DNA of 64,000 bases from Bacillota bacterium (GCA_021806565.1 JAJZXK010000005.1:2555-66554), one strand, 5' to 3'; shown: positions 1 through 9,695, counted from the stretch's first letter. The notes: a model not told the origin generated them from the letters alone. Translations and numbers: made by a program.

Positions 1-785
1 CTGACCAGCCGCGCCTGAGGCAGCCGCGACAGGTAGACCTCGGCGTCGGTATACGGCACGACGCGGTCGTCCGTCCCCCACCCGACGACCACCGGGGCGC
101 GGATCCGGCCGAGGTGCTCCTGCAGGTGGGGAAAGCGATAGTAGTCGATGGCGCGGCACATCTCGCGCGCCCGACGGAAGCCCCACTGCAGATCGCGCTT
201 CTCCTGCTCGGTCAGGTTCTCCAACCGCGCGACGACGTGACCGTACATCCTTGGCCCGAGCCAGCGGGTCGACACCAACCACACGACAATCGGGACCAGC
301 AACCGCCCGATCACCGGCCAGCGCAAGAACCGGTAGCCGGCCGTATACCACTCGTGGAAGACGGCGGCCGGGGCGATCAGGCCGAGGCTGCGGAAGCGGC
401 GCGGATACCTTGCGGCCCAGTCCAGCAGCACCGCGCCGCCGAAGGAATGCCCCACGGCCGCCACCCGACCGAAGCCGTTGGCGCGGCACCACGCCTCGCA
501 CGCATCGGCATAGTCCGACGCGGCCAGCGGCCGGCGGGTCAGGCCGGACAGGCCGAAGCCGGGAAAGTCCAGGGCCGCCAGCGGCAGGTCCCGCCCGAGG
601 CGCCCAAGCGTGCCGCGCCACTGCCGCCAGGAACTCGCCATGCCATGCAACAGCACCAGCGGGCCGTGGTGGTCCGGCCTTGGTCCGGCCGCCACCCAGT
701 GCAGGCGCACCAACTGCCGCCGGATCCGGATGCGGGTCTCCTGGTGGCGCAGCGCATCCGCGTCCGCCGCCCGGGCGCCGCCCAT
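1..785 (-). CDS. alpha/beta fold hydrolase (3' end runs off the window)
   Basis: Not in the ORF track because there is no stop in the window. Manual translation gives LVLLHGMASS, LDFPGFGLS, nucleophile motif GHSFGG and VGWGTDDRVVP. GGAGG SD lies before the ATG at 785. Confidence 0.85.
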   Translation of the reverse strand, partial: MGGARAADADALRHQETRIRIRRQLVRLHWVAAGPRPDHHGPLVLLHGMASSWRQWRGTLGRLGRDLPLAALDFPGFGLSGLTRRPLAASDYADACEAWCRANGFGRVAAVGHSFGGAVLLDWAARYPRRFRSLGLIAPAAVFHEWYTAGYRFLRWPVIGRLLVPIVVWLVSTRWLGPRMYGHVVARLENLTEQEKRDLQWGFRRAREMCRAIDYYRFPHLQEHLGRIRAPVVVGWGTDDRVVPYTDAEVYLSRLPQARLV

Positions 786-819
786 GCCACCGATCCCCTC
801 CCCCATGGCTTGAGGGCCG

Positions 820-1341
820 TCAGAGAGCCGCACGCAGGGCGGCCAACGCCCGATCGTAGTCCGGATGCTCAGTGACCTCGCCAACGTATTCGGCATGGCG
901 CACCACGCCCCCCGCGTCCACGACGAACACCGCGCGGCAGTCCAGACGCAGCCCCTGGATCAGTGCGCCATACGCCATCCCGCATGCGGCGTCCCGGTGG
1001 TCCGAGACCAGGGTCATGCGCGTGGTCCCGGACTCCTTGGACCAACGCGATTGCGCAAACGGCAGGTCCATGCTCACGGTCACCGCCGCCACCCGGTCGC
1101 CCAGAGCGGCGACCGCCTCGTCGAAACGGCGTGTCTGCAGGTTGCACACGGACGTGTCCAGGGACGGCACCAGGCTCAACAGACGGGGCCGGCCCGCCGT
1201 ACGCTCCAGGAAGGGCCAATCGTGCAACCCCGCATCGACCACCGTGAAATCCGGAGCCCGGTCGCCCTCCCGGACCTGTGGACCGAGCAGCGTCACGGGC
1301 TTGCCGCCCATCGTCACCACGCCACTGCGCTCGTTGGCCAT
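820..1341 (-). CDS. tpx: thiol peroxidase (Tpx family)
   Basis: C-terminal part of ORF 820..2514: VTMGGKPVTLLG, APDF, VPSLDTSVC, MDLPFAQ, RAVFVVD, EHPDYD. Confidence 0.9.
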   Translation of the reverse strand: MANERSGVVTMGGKPVTLLGPQVREGDRAPDFTVVDAGLHDWPFLERTAGRPRLLSLVPSLDTSVCNLQTRRFDEAVAALGDRVAAVTVSMDLPFAQSRWSKESGTTRMTLVSDHRDAACGMAYGALIQGLRLDCRAVFVVDAGGVVRHAEYVGEVTEHPDYDRALAALRAAL

Positions 1342-1562
1342 ACCCTGCCCATCCCCTCCCTGCCGGCATCCTGGCAAGGCATCGCACTGCCCGCGCCGCA
1401 GAGGGCGCGTCGGGATGCCCCACCAGCCGGGCTTGGCCCATGATAGGTGGCCCCGGACGGCCATCGCAAGGAGGGCATCCCCAGGGTCGGCGCGGTTTGG
1501 CGCCAGAAGTGGCGAAGACCGCCGAGCGGCGCGACCCGTCGCCGCCGGCCTCCGGATGTGGT

Positions 1563-2780
1563 ATGCCTTCCGTGGCGCGCGCCCGCCGGCACGCCTTGCG
1601 CAACGCCGGCGCCCCCGCCGGCGGACGGGCCGCGCCACGGAAGGCGGGTGGCAGCGTGTCCGGCGGCGGCACCGCGGCGTGCGCGCGATGGCTGGGCGGC
1701 GACTGGCTGGCCGAGCGCGACGGTCCTGGGCCGGACTGGCATCCGGGCGCCCTGGGCCAGGGGGCCGTGCTGGCGTCATCTGGACGCGCGGCCATCGCGG
1801 ATGTCCTGCGGGCGCTGGCGATGCCCGGATCGGTCGTGCTGCTGCCGGCCTACGCCTGCCCCGCCCTGACGCAGGCCGTCCTCCTCGCCGGCTGCCAGCC
1901 CGACTACTACCCCGGCGACATCTTTCTGCGCCCCGACTGGGCGGCGCTCGCGAGCCTGGCCAGGACGAAGCGTGCTGCGGCGGCCGTCGTGGTCCACCCC
2001 TGGGGCTGGCTGCAGGACGGCGACGCGATGCGCCGCCTGCGCGCCAGCGGCGTCGCGGTGCTGGAAGACGCGTCGCATACCCTGACCAACGCATCCGGGC
2101 AGCGGGTGGCGGGACCCGACGCCGCCACGGCGATGGCGGCCAGCCTGCGCAAGACGCTGCCGGTGGCCGCCGGCGGGCTGGGGCGCGCCTGGCAGGGCGC
2201 CCTACCGCCCACGGCGCCGGCGCAGGGGCCCGACAGCTTCGCGGCGGCAAGGCGGGAAGCCCTGCGGCAACCCGCGGGCCCGTCCCGGCACCGCGCGCTC
2301 CAGCGGGCCGAGTCGGTGTTGGACCGTCAGAGCGCGCCGCCGGCCCCGCACCCCTCGGTGGCGCTCGCCCTGCAGGAACTGGCGGAACGGCCCCCCGCGG
2401 CCGGGGTGGGCTGGCGCAGGGCCTGCCGTACCAACTGGTCGGCCCTGCGCGAGGCCCTGGCCGGCGGTGCCTGCAGTCCCTGGGCAGACACCCTGCCCGA
2501 GGGCGTCTGCCCAACCGGCTTCGTCGTGCGCCACCCCGACCGTAGCCGGCTGGCCGCCTGGCTGCTGCGCCAGGGGATTGAAGCGACCCTGCACTGGCCG
2601 GTCGCCCCAGTAGCGCGGCCGAAGCTGACGCGGCCGGAACGCCTGCTGGCCGGAAGCGTCCTGACCCTGCCCTGCGACGGCCGCTTCACCCCCGAGGACA
2701 TGGACGCGATCGCGGCCGCCTGCCGCTCGCTGCCGGCGGGCGGCCGCACCAACGGTCATCCTCGCGAATCTCTTCAGTAG
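1563..2780 (+). CDS. DegT/DnrJ/EryC1/StrS-like PLP-dependent aminotransferase (start uncertain)
   Basis: SSGRAAI, VLLPAYAC, VVVHPWG, VLEDASH, SLRK-LP-AAGG, GIEATLHW, LTLPCD. Confidence 0.7.
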   Translation: MPSVARARRHALRNAGAPAGGRAAPRKAGGSVSGGGTAACARWLGGDWLAERDGPGPDWHPGALGQGAVLASSGRAAIADVLRALAMPGSVVLLPAYACPALTQAVLLAGCQPDYYPGDIFLRPDWAALASLARTKRAAAAVVVHPWGWLQDGDAMRRLRASGVAVLEDASHTLTNASGQRVAGPDAATAMAASLRKTLPVAAGGLGRAWQGALPPTAPAQGPDSFAAARREALRQPAGPSRHRALQRAESVLDRQSAPPAPHPSVALALQELAERPPAAGVGWRRACRTNWSALREALAGGACSPWADTLPEGVCPTGFVVRHPDRSRLAAWLLRQGIEATLHWPVAPVARPKLTRPERLLAGSVLTLPCDGRFTPEDMDAIAAACRSLPAGGRTNGHPRESLQ

Positions 2781-3769
2781 GCGCCGCGGATCTGCGCGTG
2801 CACCCGCGTGCGGTACCACACCCGCAGCCGCTCCAGTTCGGCCGCCGAAAACGGGGGCGCGGCGACCGCCGCCAGGTTCTCCTTCACCTGAGCGGCGTTG
2901 CGGAACCCGGGGATGGCGCAGGTGATGCCGGGCTGGTCCAGGAGCCAGCGGATCGCCGCCCGCGCCATGCTGCCGCGGTCCGCCGCGATCCAATCCACCT
3001 CGCGGGCCAGGGCCGCCCCGGTGGCGAAGGGCAAGCCGGCGAACGTCTCCCCCACGTTGAAGCGCTGGCCGTCCGCATTGAAGTGGCGGTGGTCATCAGG
3101 GGCAAAGGCCTCGTCGCCGCGGAACTTACCGGTCAGAAGCCCGCTGGCCAGCGGCAGACGCGCCAGCACGGCGACTCCGGCGCCGAAGCAGGCCGGCAGC
3201 AGTTGCTCCAGCGGCTTCTGGCGAAAGACGTTGCAGATCACCTGCAGGGCGGCAACGCCGGTCTCCCGCCCGGGCCCCGGCAGGCACAGCATCCCCTCGT
3301 CCAGCGTCTCCACGCTGACACCATAGGCGCGGATCTTGCCGTCCCGCCGTAGCCGGTCCAGCACGTCGAAGACCCCTCCGTCCGCCAGGACCTCCGCCGG
3401 CGGGCAGTGGATCTGATACAGGTCTATGACCTCGCGCTCCAGCCGCTCCAAGCTGCGCTCGCACCATCGCGTCACCCGCTGAGCACTGTAGGTCGCCGGG
3501 TCGTGGATGTCGCCGGCGCGGCAGAACTTGGTGGCGATGTGGATCGGCCGTGCCGCTCCGCGGGTCGCCTGGGCAAGCAGCCGCTCCGCGCGGCCGTCGC
3601 CATAGACATCCGCCGTATCGAAGAAGTTGACGCCACCGTCCATGGCGGCCCGCAACCCTTCCAACGCTTCCACCTCGGGCACCGCTCCCCAGCCGCCGCC
3701 GATCGTCCAGGTTCCAAACGATACCTCACTGACCCGGATGCCCGCCCCCGCAATCGGGTGGTACCGCAC
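2774..3769 (-). CDS. aldo/keto reductase
   Basis: VSEVSFGTW, FFDTADVYGDG, IATK, IDLYQIH, GKIRAYGVS, PLASGLLTGKF. GTG start at 3769. Confidence 0.92.
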   Translation of the reverse strand: MRYHPIAGAGIRVSEVSFGTWTIGGGWGAVPEVEALEGLRAAMDGGVNFFDTADVYGDGRAERLLAQATRGAARPIHIATKFCRAGDIHDPATYSAQRVTRWCERSLERLEREVIDLYQIHCPPAEVLADGGVFDVLDRLRRDGKIRAYGVSVETLDEGMLCLPGPGRETGVAALQVICNVFRQKPLEQLLPACFGAGVAVLARLPLASGLLTGKFRGDEAFAPDDHRHFNADGQRFNVGETFAGLPFATGAALAREVDWIAADRGSMARAAIRWLLDQPGITCAIPGFRNAAQVKENLAAVAAPPFSAAELERLRVWYRTRVHAQIRGAY

Positions 3770-3863
3770 TCCGCCGCCCTCCCCACACACCGCATGCCGC
3801 CCTCGTTCCGGATGCGCAAACGCTCGCCCTGCCGCTTGCGCGCCACGCCCCGGCGGCGGCAGG

Positions 3864-4925
3864 ATGGCAATGGGGTCGCGGAGCGGTCCAGAGGGGGCAA
3901 ACGGGTTGGGAGACGAGGCGTGCCAGGCCATGGTGCTGTATGGCCGGGGCAGGATCGGTGAGGGCTTGCTCCGGTTCGAACGCCGGCAAGCACCCACACC
4001 CGGGCCGGGCCAGGTACGGTTGCGGGTGGCCGCCTGCGGCGTGTGTCACACCGACCTGCACCTGTGCGCCGGCGAGTTGCCGCCGCGCCCCCTGCCGGTC
4101 ATCCCCGGCCACCAGATCGTCGGCCGCATCGACGCGCTCGGACCGGACCTCGGCGGCGAGTTGAGGGTGGGCCAGCGGGTCGGTGTGGCCTGGCTGCACG
4201 AGACCTGCGGGCGCTGCCGCTTCTGCCGCACCGGCCGGGAAAACCTCTGCCAACTGGCGCGGTTCACGGGCTACGACGCCGACGGCGGCTACGCCAGCCA
4301 CGCCGTCGCTCCGGCCGCCTTCGTGCATCCCCTGCCCGAGCGTTACGGGGACGCGGAGGCCGCCCCGCTGCTGTGTGCGGGCATCATCGGCTGGCGGGCC
4401 ATCCGCCGCGCCGGGATCCGGCCCGGGGAGCGGGTAGGGCTCTTCGGCTTCGGCGCCTCGGCCCACCTGGCGCTGCAGGTGCTGGCCGCCTGGGGCTGCG
4501 CCGTGGCCGTCTGGTCGCGCGGCGAGGCCCACCGCCGCCTGGCGGCCGGCCTGGGCGCGTCCTGGACCGGCGGGTACGACGCCGACGCCCCCTGGCCGCT
4601 GGAACGCGCCATTGTCTTCACCCCGGCCGGCGACACGGTCGTCGAGGCGCTGGCGCGGCTGGACGCGGGAGGCGTCGTCGCCATCGCTTCGGTACACCTG
4701 TCCGCGCTGCCCCCCCTGGACCACGACCAGTTGCTGTCCGGAGAGCGTGAGATCCGCGGTGTCACCGCAGCCACTCGGCAGGACGCCGCCGATTTCCTGC
4801 GGGCCGCCGCCGCGCTGCCGCTGCGGGTGGCTGTGACCCGCTTTCGGCTGCGCGAGGCGGAGCGCGCGCTGGTCGAACTGAGCCGTGGCCGCATCGACGG
4901 GGCCGCGGTGCTCGAGACCACCTGA
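3864..4925 (+). CDS. zinc-dependent alcohol dehydrogenase family protein
   Basis: CGVCHTDLH, PGHQIVG, CGRCRFC...ENLC structural Zn site, APLLCAG, GFGASA. Confidence 0.9.
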   Translation: MAMGSRSGPEGANGLGDEACQAMVLYGRGRIGEGLLRFERRQAPTPGPGQVRLRVAACGVCHTDLHLCAGELPPRPLPVIPGHQIVGRIDALGPDLGGELRVGQRVGVAWLHETCGRCRFCRTGRENLCQLARFTGYDADGGYASHAVAPAAFVHPLPERYGDAEAAPLLCAGIIGWRAIRRAGIRPGERVGLFGFGASAHLALQVLAAWGCAVAVWSRGEAHRRLAAGLGASWTGGYDADAPWPLERAIVFTPAGDTVVEALARLDAGGVVAIASVHLSALPPLDHDQLLSGEREIRGVTAATRQDAADFLRAAAALPLRVAVTRFRLREAERALVELSRGRIDGAAVLETT

Positions 4926-5359
4926 CCGGCCCACGGGCACGAGGTGGGACGGTCCGCGGCGCCGCACCCCACACAGCCACCGCTTCCGGTACAATGGACC
5001 GGTCACCATGGGGCGGCGGCGACGGCCTCCAAGAGCGGACGTGCCCGGCGTGTGGACGACTCCGGGTCCCGCCCCCATACAATCTCGCCATGGCGGGGGA
5101 GGAACGCGGTGTGCCCATTCGGCGTCGGGACTGCACGGCACGCCACCTCCCACACCTGGCCGCGCACCGGACCCCGCCGCCCGCACGCCGCAACCGCCCC
5201 TGCGCAGCAATCCCCCACCACCGCACCATCGCCACCCGGGCCCACCGAAACCTGCGACATCCGACCGCGGGCCGCCAGGCGCCGCCAGCCGTGCCCGCCG
5301 CGGCGCGCCGCCAAGCCCTGCCGGCGCATGGTCCGGATGGCCTGTATGCGCAAGCAAGT

Positions 5360-5389
5360 GATGGCCAAGGAAGCGATGGCCAAGGAAGC
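5360..5389 (+). repeat. 15-bp tandem duplication GATGGCCAAGGAAGC x2 just upstream of gmk
   Basis: Direct reading of the sequence. Confidence 0.8.
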
Positions 5390-5399
5390 GGGGCGCGTC

Positions 5400-5999
5400 A
5401 TGCATAGCAAAGGGCATCTGTTCGTCTTCATCGGTCCCGGGGGCAGCGGCAAGACCGCCATGATCTGCCGCATCCAGGCGGAGCGGCCCGAGTGCCGCTT
5501 CGTGCCGACGACCACCACGCGGCCCGCGCGGCCCGGCGAGGCGCACGGCCGTGAATACTTCTTCGCCAGCGACGGGGAGTTCGAGCACCTGCGCCTGTGC
5601 GGCGGCCTGCTGGAGTGGGAACGCATCCACGGGCACCTGTATGGCACATCCCGCCGGCGCATCGAGGAGGTGCTGGTGGCGGACGCCGTCGGCTTGACGT
5701 CCCTGGACTACAAGGGCGGCAGGGCGGTGCGCCATGCCTACCCCCGCAACACGACCACCATCTTCGTCCAGCCGGCGTCGCTGGACGAGTTGCGCACCCG
5801 CCTGGAGGCCAGGGCGGGCAGCACCCCGGAGGATGTGGCGGCGCGGCTGCACCGCACCGCCGAGGAGTTGCGGCACGCCGACGAGTTCGACCACGTGATC
5901 ACCAACCGCAACGGCCACCTCGACGATGCGGTGGCCGCCGCGCTGCACATCATGGAAGAGACGCTCGCGGCCGGCCGCCTGGCCGGCGGGCCGCGCTGA
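5400..5999 (+). CDS. gmk: guanylate kinase
   Basis: P-loop GPGGSGKT, TTRPARPGEAHGREYFF, LEW...YGT, FDHVITN. Confidence 0.85.
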   Translation: MHSKGHLFVFIGPGGSGKTAMICRIQAERPECRFVPTTTTRPARPGEAHGREYFFASDGEFEHLRLCGGLLEWERIHGHLYGTSRRRIEEVLVADAVGLTSLDYKGGRAVRHAYPRNTTTIFVQPASLDELRTRLEARAGSTPEDVAARLHRTAEELRHADEFDHVITNRNGHLDDAVAAALHIMEETLAAGRLAGGPR

Positions 6000-6020
6000 T
6001 GGCCGCGCTGATGGCCGCGC
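5989..6020 (+). repeat. 12-bp tandem repeat GGCCGCGCTGAT x2.7 spanning the gmk stop codon
   Basis: Direct reading of the sequence. Confidence 0.8.
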
Positions 6021-6062
6021 GCGGACGCGGCCCCCGGGCGCAGCGATCCATCCCAACGGGCC

Positions 6063-6917
6063 TCAGCGGATGCCGGTGAACACCACCCCCTGCGTGAAGT
6101 TCTTCTGAGCGAAAAAGAAGATGATGATCGGCACGATGGCGACCATCAGCGTCCCAGCCATCAGGTCGTTCCAGGCGACGACGTGCCGCCCGACAAACAC
6201 CTGCAATTGCAGCGTCAGCGGGTAGAGCTTGGTGTTGTTCAAGTAGATGAGCGGACCCATGAAGTCGTTCCAGCTGCCGATGAAGGTGAAGACAAAGACG
6301 ATCAGCATCGCCGGCTTGGCCGAAGGCAGCATGATCCGCGCATACATGGACCAGTAGCCGCAGCCGTCCACCCGGGCGGCGTCGAAGATCTCGGAGTTCA
6401 CCCCGGTGAAGAATTGCCGCATGAGGAAGATGTTGAACGCGCCGCCGCCGAGGAACGAGGGCACGATCAGCGGCAGGTACGTGTTGACCCAATGAATGTC
6501 CTTGAAGAGGATGAAGGTGGGGATCAAGAGCACCGTGGCCGGGAGCATCATCGTGGACAGCAGGATCAGAAACAGCAGGTCGCGACCCGGAAAGCGCAGG
6601 CGGGCAAAGGCGAAGGCCGCCATGGACGCGGTCAACTCGACGCCGACCACGTTGGAGACGGTGAGAAACACGGTGTTGCGCAGCGAGCGCAGGAAGCGCA
6701 TCGTCTTCCAGGCGTTGAGGAACGGACTCAGTGTGAACGGGTGCGGAATCCACTGCGGCGGAAACAGCATCACAAAGGCGGTTCCCTTGAGGGCCGTGGA
6801 AACCATCCAGACCAGGGGCATCAGCAGCGCCACGGCGCCGACCGACAGCACCACCGTCGCCAGAGCATCCCCCGCCCGTGTGCCGACATGACGTGAACTC
6901 GGCCCGCCGCGCATCAT
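6063..6917 (-). CDS. carbohydrate ABC transporter permease (MalG/UgpE-like)
   Basis: EAA-like motif EIFDAARVDGC, SWNDFMGPLIYL, FFFAQKNF. ATGA overlap with the upstream permease. Confidence 0.93.
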   Translation of the reverse strand: MMRGGPSSRHVGTRAGDALATVVLSVGAVALLMPLVWMVSTALKGTAFVMLFPPQWIPHPFTLSPFLNAWKTMRFLRSLRNTVFLTVSNVVGVELTASMAAFAFARLRFPGRDLLFLILLSTMMLPATVLLIPTFILFKDIHWVNTYLPLIVPSFLGGGAFNIFLMRQFFTGVNSEIFDAARVDGCGYWSMYARIMLPSAKPAMLIVFVFTFIGSWNDFMGPLIYLNNTKLYPLTLQLQVFVGRHVVAWNDLMAGTLMVAIVPIIIFFFAQKNFTQGVVFTGIR

Positions 6918-7894
6918 CCCGCCTCCTCCTTTCCGCGGATCTCGCTCTGGTAGAAGACCCACGCCCCGGAGGATCGGAAGACCAAGAGCGTCAGGATCAA
7001 CAGCATGACGAGCATGATCCAGGCCATGGCGGAAGCGTAGCCCATCTTGAAGAACTCGAAGGCGTTCTCATACAGATACAGCACGTAGAAGAGACTGGCG
7101 TTATTGGGCCCGCCGCTGGTCATGACATACGCCTGCGTGAAGATCTGAAAGCTGCCGATGATGCCCAGGATCAGGTTGAAGAGGATGACGGGACTGATCA
7201 TCGGCAGGGTGACGTGCCAGATGATGCGGACGCGCGAGGCACCGTCGATGCGCGCCGCCTCCTCCAACTCCGTCGGCACCCCCTGCAGGGCCGCGAGGTT
7301 GATCAGCATACTGCCGCCCACGCCCCACAGGCTCATCAGGATGATGGCGGGGATCACCCACCTCTGGCTATACAGCCACTGCGGCCCGTGGATGTGGAGC
7401 AGGCTCAGCAGGTAGTTGATCAGCCCGAAGTTGGGGTTGAACAGCCACAGAAACAGCAGCGAGACCGCCACCCCGCCGACCAGGCTGGGCAGGTAATAGA
7501 CGGTGCGAAACAGACCGATGCCGCGGATCTTGCGGTTGAGCATCATCGCCAGCACCAGGCCTACGGTCAGGTTGAGCGGGATGCTGACCAGGACGTAGTA
7601 CCAGGTGACGCCGAGTGACTTCCAAAAGAGCGGGTCATGCAGCAGCTTGGAGTAGTTGGCCAGTCCGACGAAGTGCATGTGGATGAAGTTATAGTTGGTC
7701 AGGCTGACATAAAAGGCGAACAGCACCGGAAACGCGATCAGTCCCACCAGCCCGACCATGGCCGGGGTGATGAACAGATAGCCGGCGATCGCCTCCCGGC
7801 GGCCGAGGCGGGACCCCCGACGCGGGCGGCGCGTGAGGTCCGTCGCCGCACGGCCGCCACCCGCGTCAGTCCCGGTGTTCAGATGGACACCCAT
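6914..7894 (-). CDS. carbohydrate ABC transporter permease (MalF/UgpA-like)
   Basis: FVGLANY, FRTVYYLP, ELEEAARIDGA, ISPVILFN, MGYASAMAW. Confidence 0.93.
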   Translation of the reverse strand: MGVHLNTGTDAGGGRAATDLTRRPRRGSRLGRREAIAGYLFITPAMVGLVGLIAFPVLFAFYVSLTNYNFIHMHFVGLANYSKLLHDPLFWKSLGVTWYYVLVSIPLNLTVGLVLAMMLNRKIRGIGLFRTVYYLPSLVGGVAVSLLFLWLFNPNFGLINYLLSLLHIHGPQWLYSQRWVIPAIILMSLWGVGGSMLINLAALQGVPTELEEAARIDGASRVRIIWHVTLPMISPVILFNLILGIIGSFQIFTQAYVMTSGGPNNASLFYVLYLYENAFEFFKMGYASAMAWIMLVMLLILTLLVFRSSGAWVFYQSEIRGKEEAG

Positions 7895-7969
7895 GCGGGA
7901 GCCTCCCCCCATGCCTACCGCGGCACGTCCCCGGCCACCGCACTGCGGCACCGGGGACGCGCACACCGG

Positions 7970-9277
7970 TCAGGACGGCGTGTGGTATGAGGCGTGCTTC
8001 TTCCACTGGGCCTCGATGGAAGCGATCGCCTTGGCCACGGTCATCTTTCCGGTGGCGACAGCCTGCCAGGCCGGGACGGTGACCTTGGTCGTGAACTGGT
8101 TGACGCTGTTCAGCGGCGGCGGGGCCGTGTAGGACTTGGTGGCATGGGTGAGCAGGTAGACGAACTGCCCCATAGGACCGGTCGCCGTCTGCGCGACGTC
8201 CTTGCGCACGGGGATCCCGTAACCGGTGGACAGCTTCAGGTGGTTGGCGGCCTTATCGGTGGCGACGTAGTGCAGGTACTCGTAGGCCGCCGCCGGGTCC
8301 TTGCAGGTCTTGGTGATGGACAGCGGATAGATGCCGACGTGTACCGGGTACTCCTTTTCCTTGACCCCGGGGACGACGACCCAGGAAAACGGGGTCTTAT
8401 GGGCCTGCAGCGTCGCGACCGGATAGGGATCCACCAGCATCATGCCGAGGTTACCCGTCTGGAACATGGTGACGTCGCCACCGCTGCCGCCCAGGCTCGA
8501 CACCGCGGCGGCCGACGGCGAGGCGCCCTGCTTGAATTGCAGATCGTACTGCCAGGCAAAGCTGGAAGTGAGTATCGGGTTGCTCAGGTTCAAATGGTGG
8601 CCGCCGCCACTGAACGTCAACGGCCCACCCTCGACCACCCCCAGATACTCCGAGGGAAAGAAGGGCGCGATCGGCCAAGTGTTCTTCTTGGTCTTCGTGT
8701 ACGCCAAGAGCTTGGCAATCGCGCTGCGAAACTCGGCGAGGCTGAATGGGCCCGTCTTGGGCGGCGTGACGCCGGCGGCCTTGAGCATGTCGAGGTTGCA
8801 GAACACGCCCTGCTGGCAATAGATCGCCGACGGGAAGGCGTAGGTCTTACCCTTGACCACATACTGCAGTAGCGCCTGCTGGTTGACGACCAGCGACCGC
8901 AGCTTGGTGTCGGTCTTGATGTACTCGTCCAGCGGCAGCAGGATGCCCTCTGGGCCGAACGGATCGACCTGGTACCAGTTGACGATGTTCGGTGCGCTTC
9001 CGGTGGCGAGCTCGACGGCCATTTTCTGGTTGGCGATGCCCTGGTAAACGACCTTGACGCGCTTCTGGCTCGCGTTGAATCCCGCGACGTTCTTCTTGTG
9101 CATGTCAGCCTGAGTCTTATAAACCTCCCAATTGCCATAGGTGATGACGGTCGGGCTGTTCGCGCTCTTGGTGGAGGCGGCCGGTCCGCCGCAGGCTGTG
9201 AGGAAGGGGGCGGCAAGCACGGCGCCCGCGGCCAAACTACCCTGGCGGATCAAGGAGCGACGCTGCATCGACGGCAT
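7970..9277 (-). CDS. sugar ABC substrate-binding lipoprotein with Tat-type signal
   Basis: QRRSLI twin-Arg motif, lipobox LTAC, PLDEYI, GKTYAFP, MFQTGNLGM, AAYEYLHY. GGAGG SD. Confidence 0.88.
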   Translation of the reverse strand: MPSMQRRSLIRQGSLAAGAVLAAPFLTACGGPAASTKSANSPTVITYGNWEVYKTQADMHKKNVAGFNASQKRVKVVYQGIANQKMAVELATGSAPNIVNWYQVDPFGPEGILLPLDEYIKTDTKLRSLVVNQQALLQYVVKGKTYAFPSAIYCQQGVFCNLDMLKAAGVTPPKTGPFSLAEFRSAIAKLLAYTKTKKNTWPIAPFFPSEYLGVVEGGPLTFSGGGHHLNLSNPILTSSFAWQYDLQFKQGASPSAAAVSSLGGSGGDVTMFQTGNLGMMLVDPYPVATLQAHKTPFSWVVVPGVKEKEYPVHVGIYPLSITKTCKDPAAAYEYLHYVATDKAANHLKLSTGYGIPVRKDVAQTATGPMGQFVYLLTHATKSYTAPPPLNSVNQFTTKVTVPAWQAVATGKMTVAKAIASIEAQWKKHASYHTPS

Positions 9278-9650
9278 CGTTTCATCCTCCCCGTGTGTAT
9301 GGTCGGTCCTTTTCTGCCTGCCTCCTCTGGGCACCCGTTCGCCTCAGCAGATCCACGCCGCATCTACCCTGCCCGGTAGGCTCGCGGCGCGAATCCTTAG
9401 GGCGGCACCCACTGCATGAGTCCGTTCGGCATAGAACCCACAGAGTCCTCTGGCGGCGCCGCCAGCGCCGACGACTGGCAGGAAACCTATCCAACAGATG
9501 GCGAAATCCTGACTGAACGATCCAGGACACGCGGCAGATCCGTACACGAAGCATCCGAGGCATGCGCCACGCTCCAGGCATCCGGCGGCGGGCCTCTGGC
9601 CCTGGCGCGAGGACAGTTTGGCTTCGGGCGATGCGACCGCGGTCACGGTC

Positions 9651-9672
9651 CGGCTTCGGCGGAAGGAAGCCG
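9651..9672 (-). terminator. possible stem-loop downstream of gmhB
   Basis: CGGCTTC-N8-GAAGCCG inverted repeat with no strong U-tract. Confidence 0.3.
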
Positions 9673-9695
9673 CGCGGGCCACGAATGCGGTGCCC

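Noticed and set aside
4105-4125. GHQ instead of GHE in the Zn-ADH
   Set aside because: A common variant in this ADH subfamily, and the other Zn ligands are intact.
9481-9492. GGAAACCTATCC, a LacI/cre-like half palindrome upstream of the sugar ABC operon
   Set aside because: Only 8 of 12 positions are symmetric and there is no regulator nearby, so it is not distinguishable from chance.
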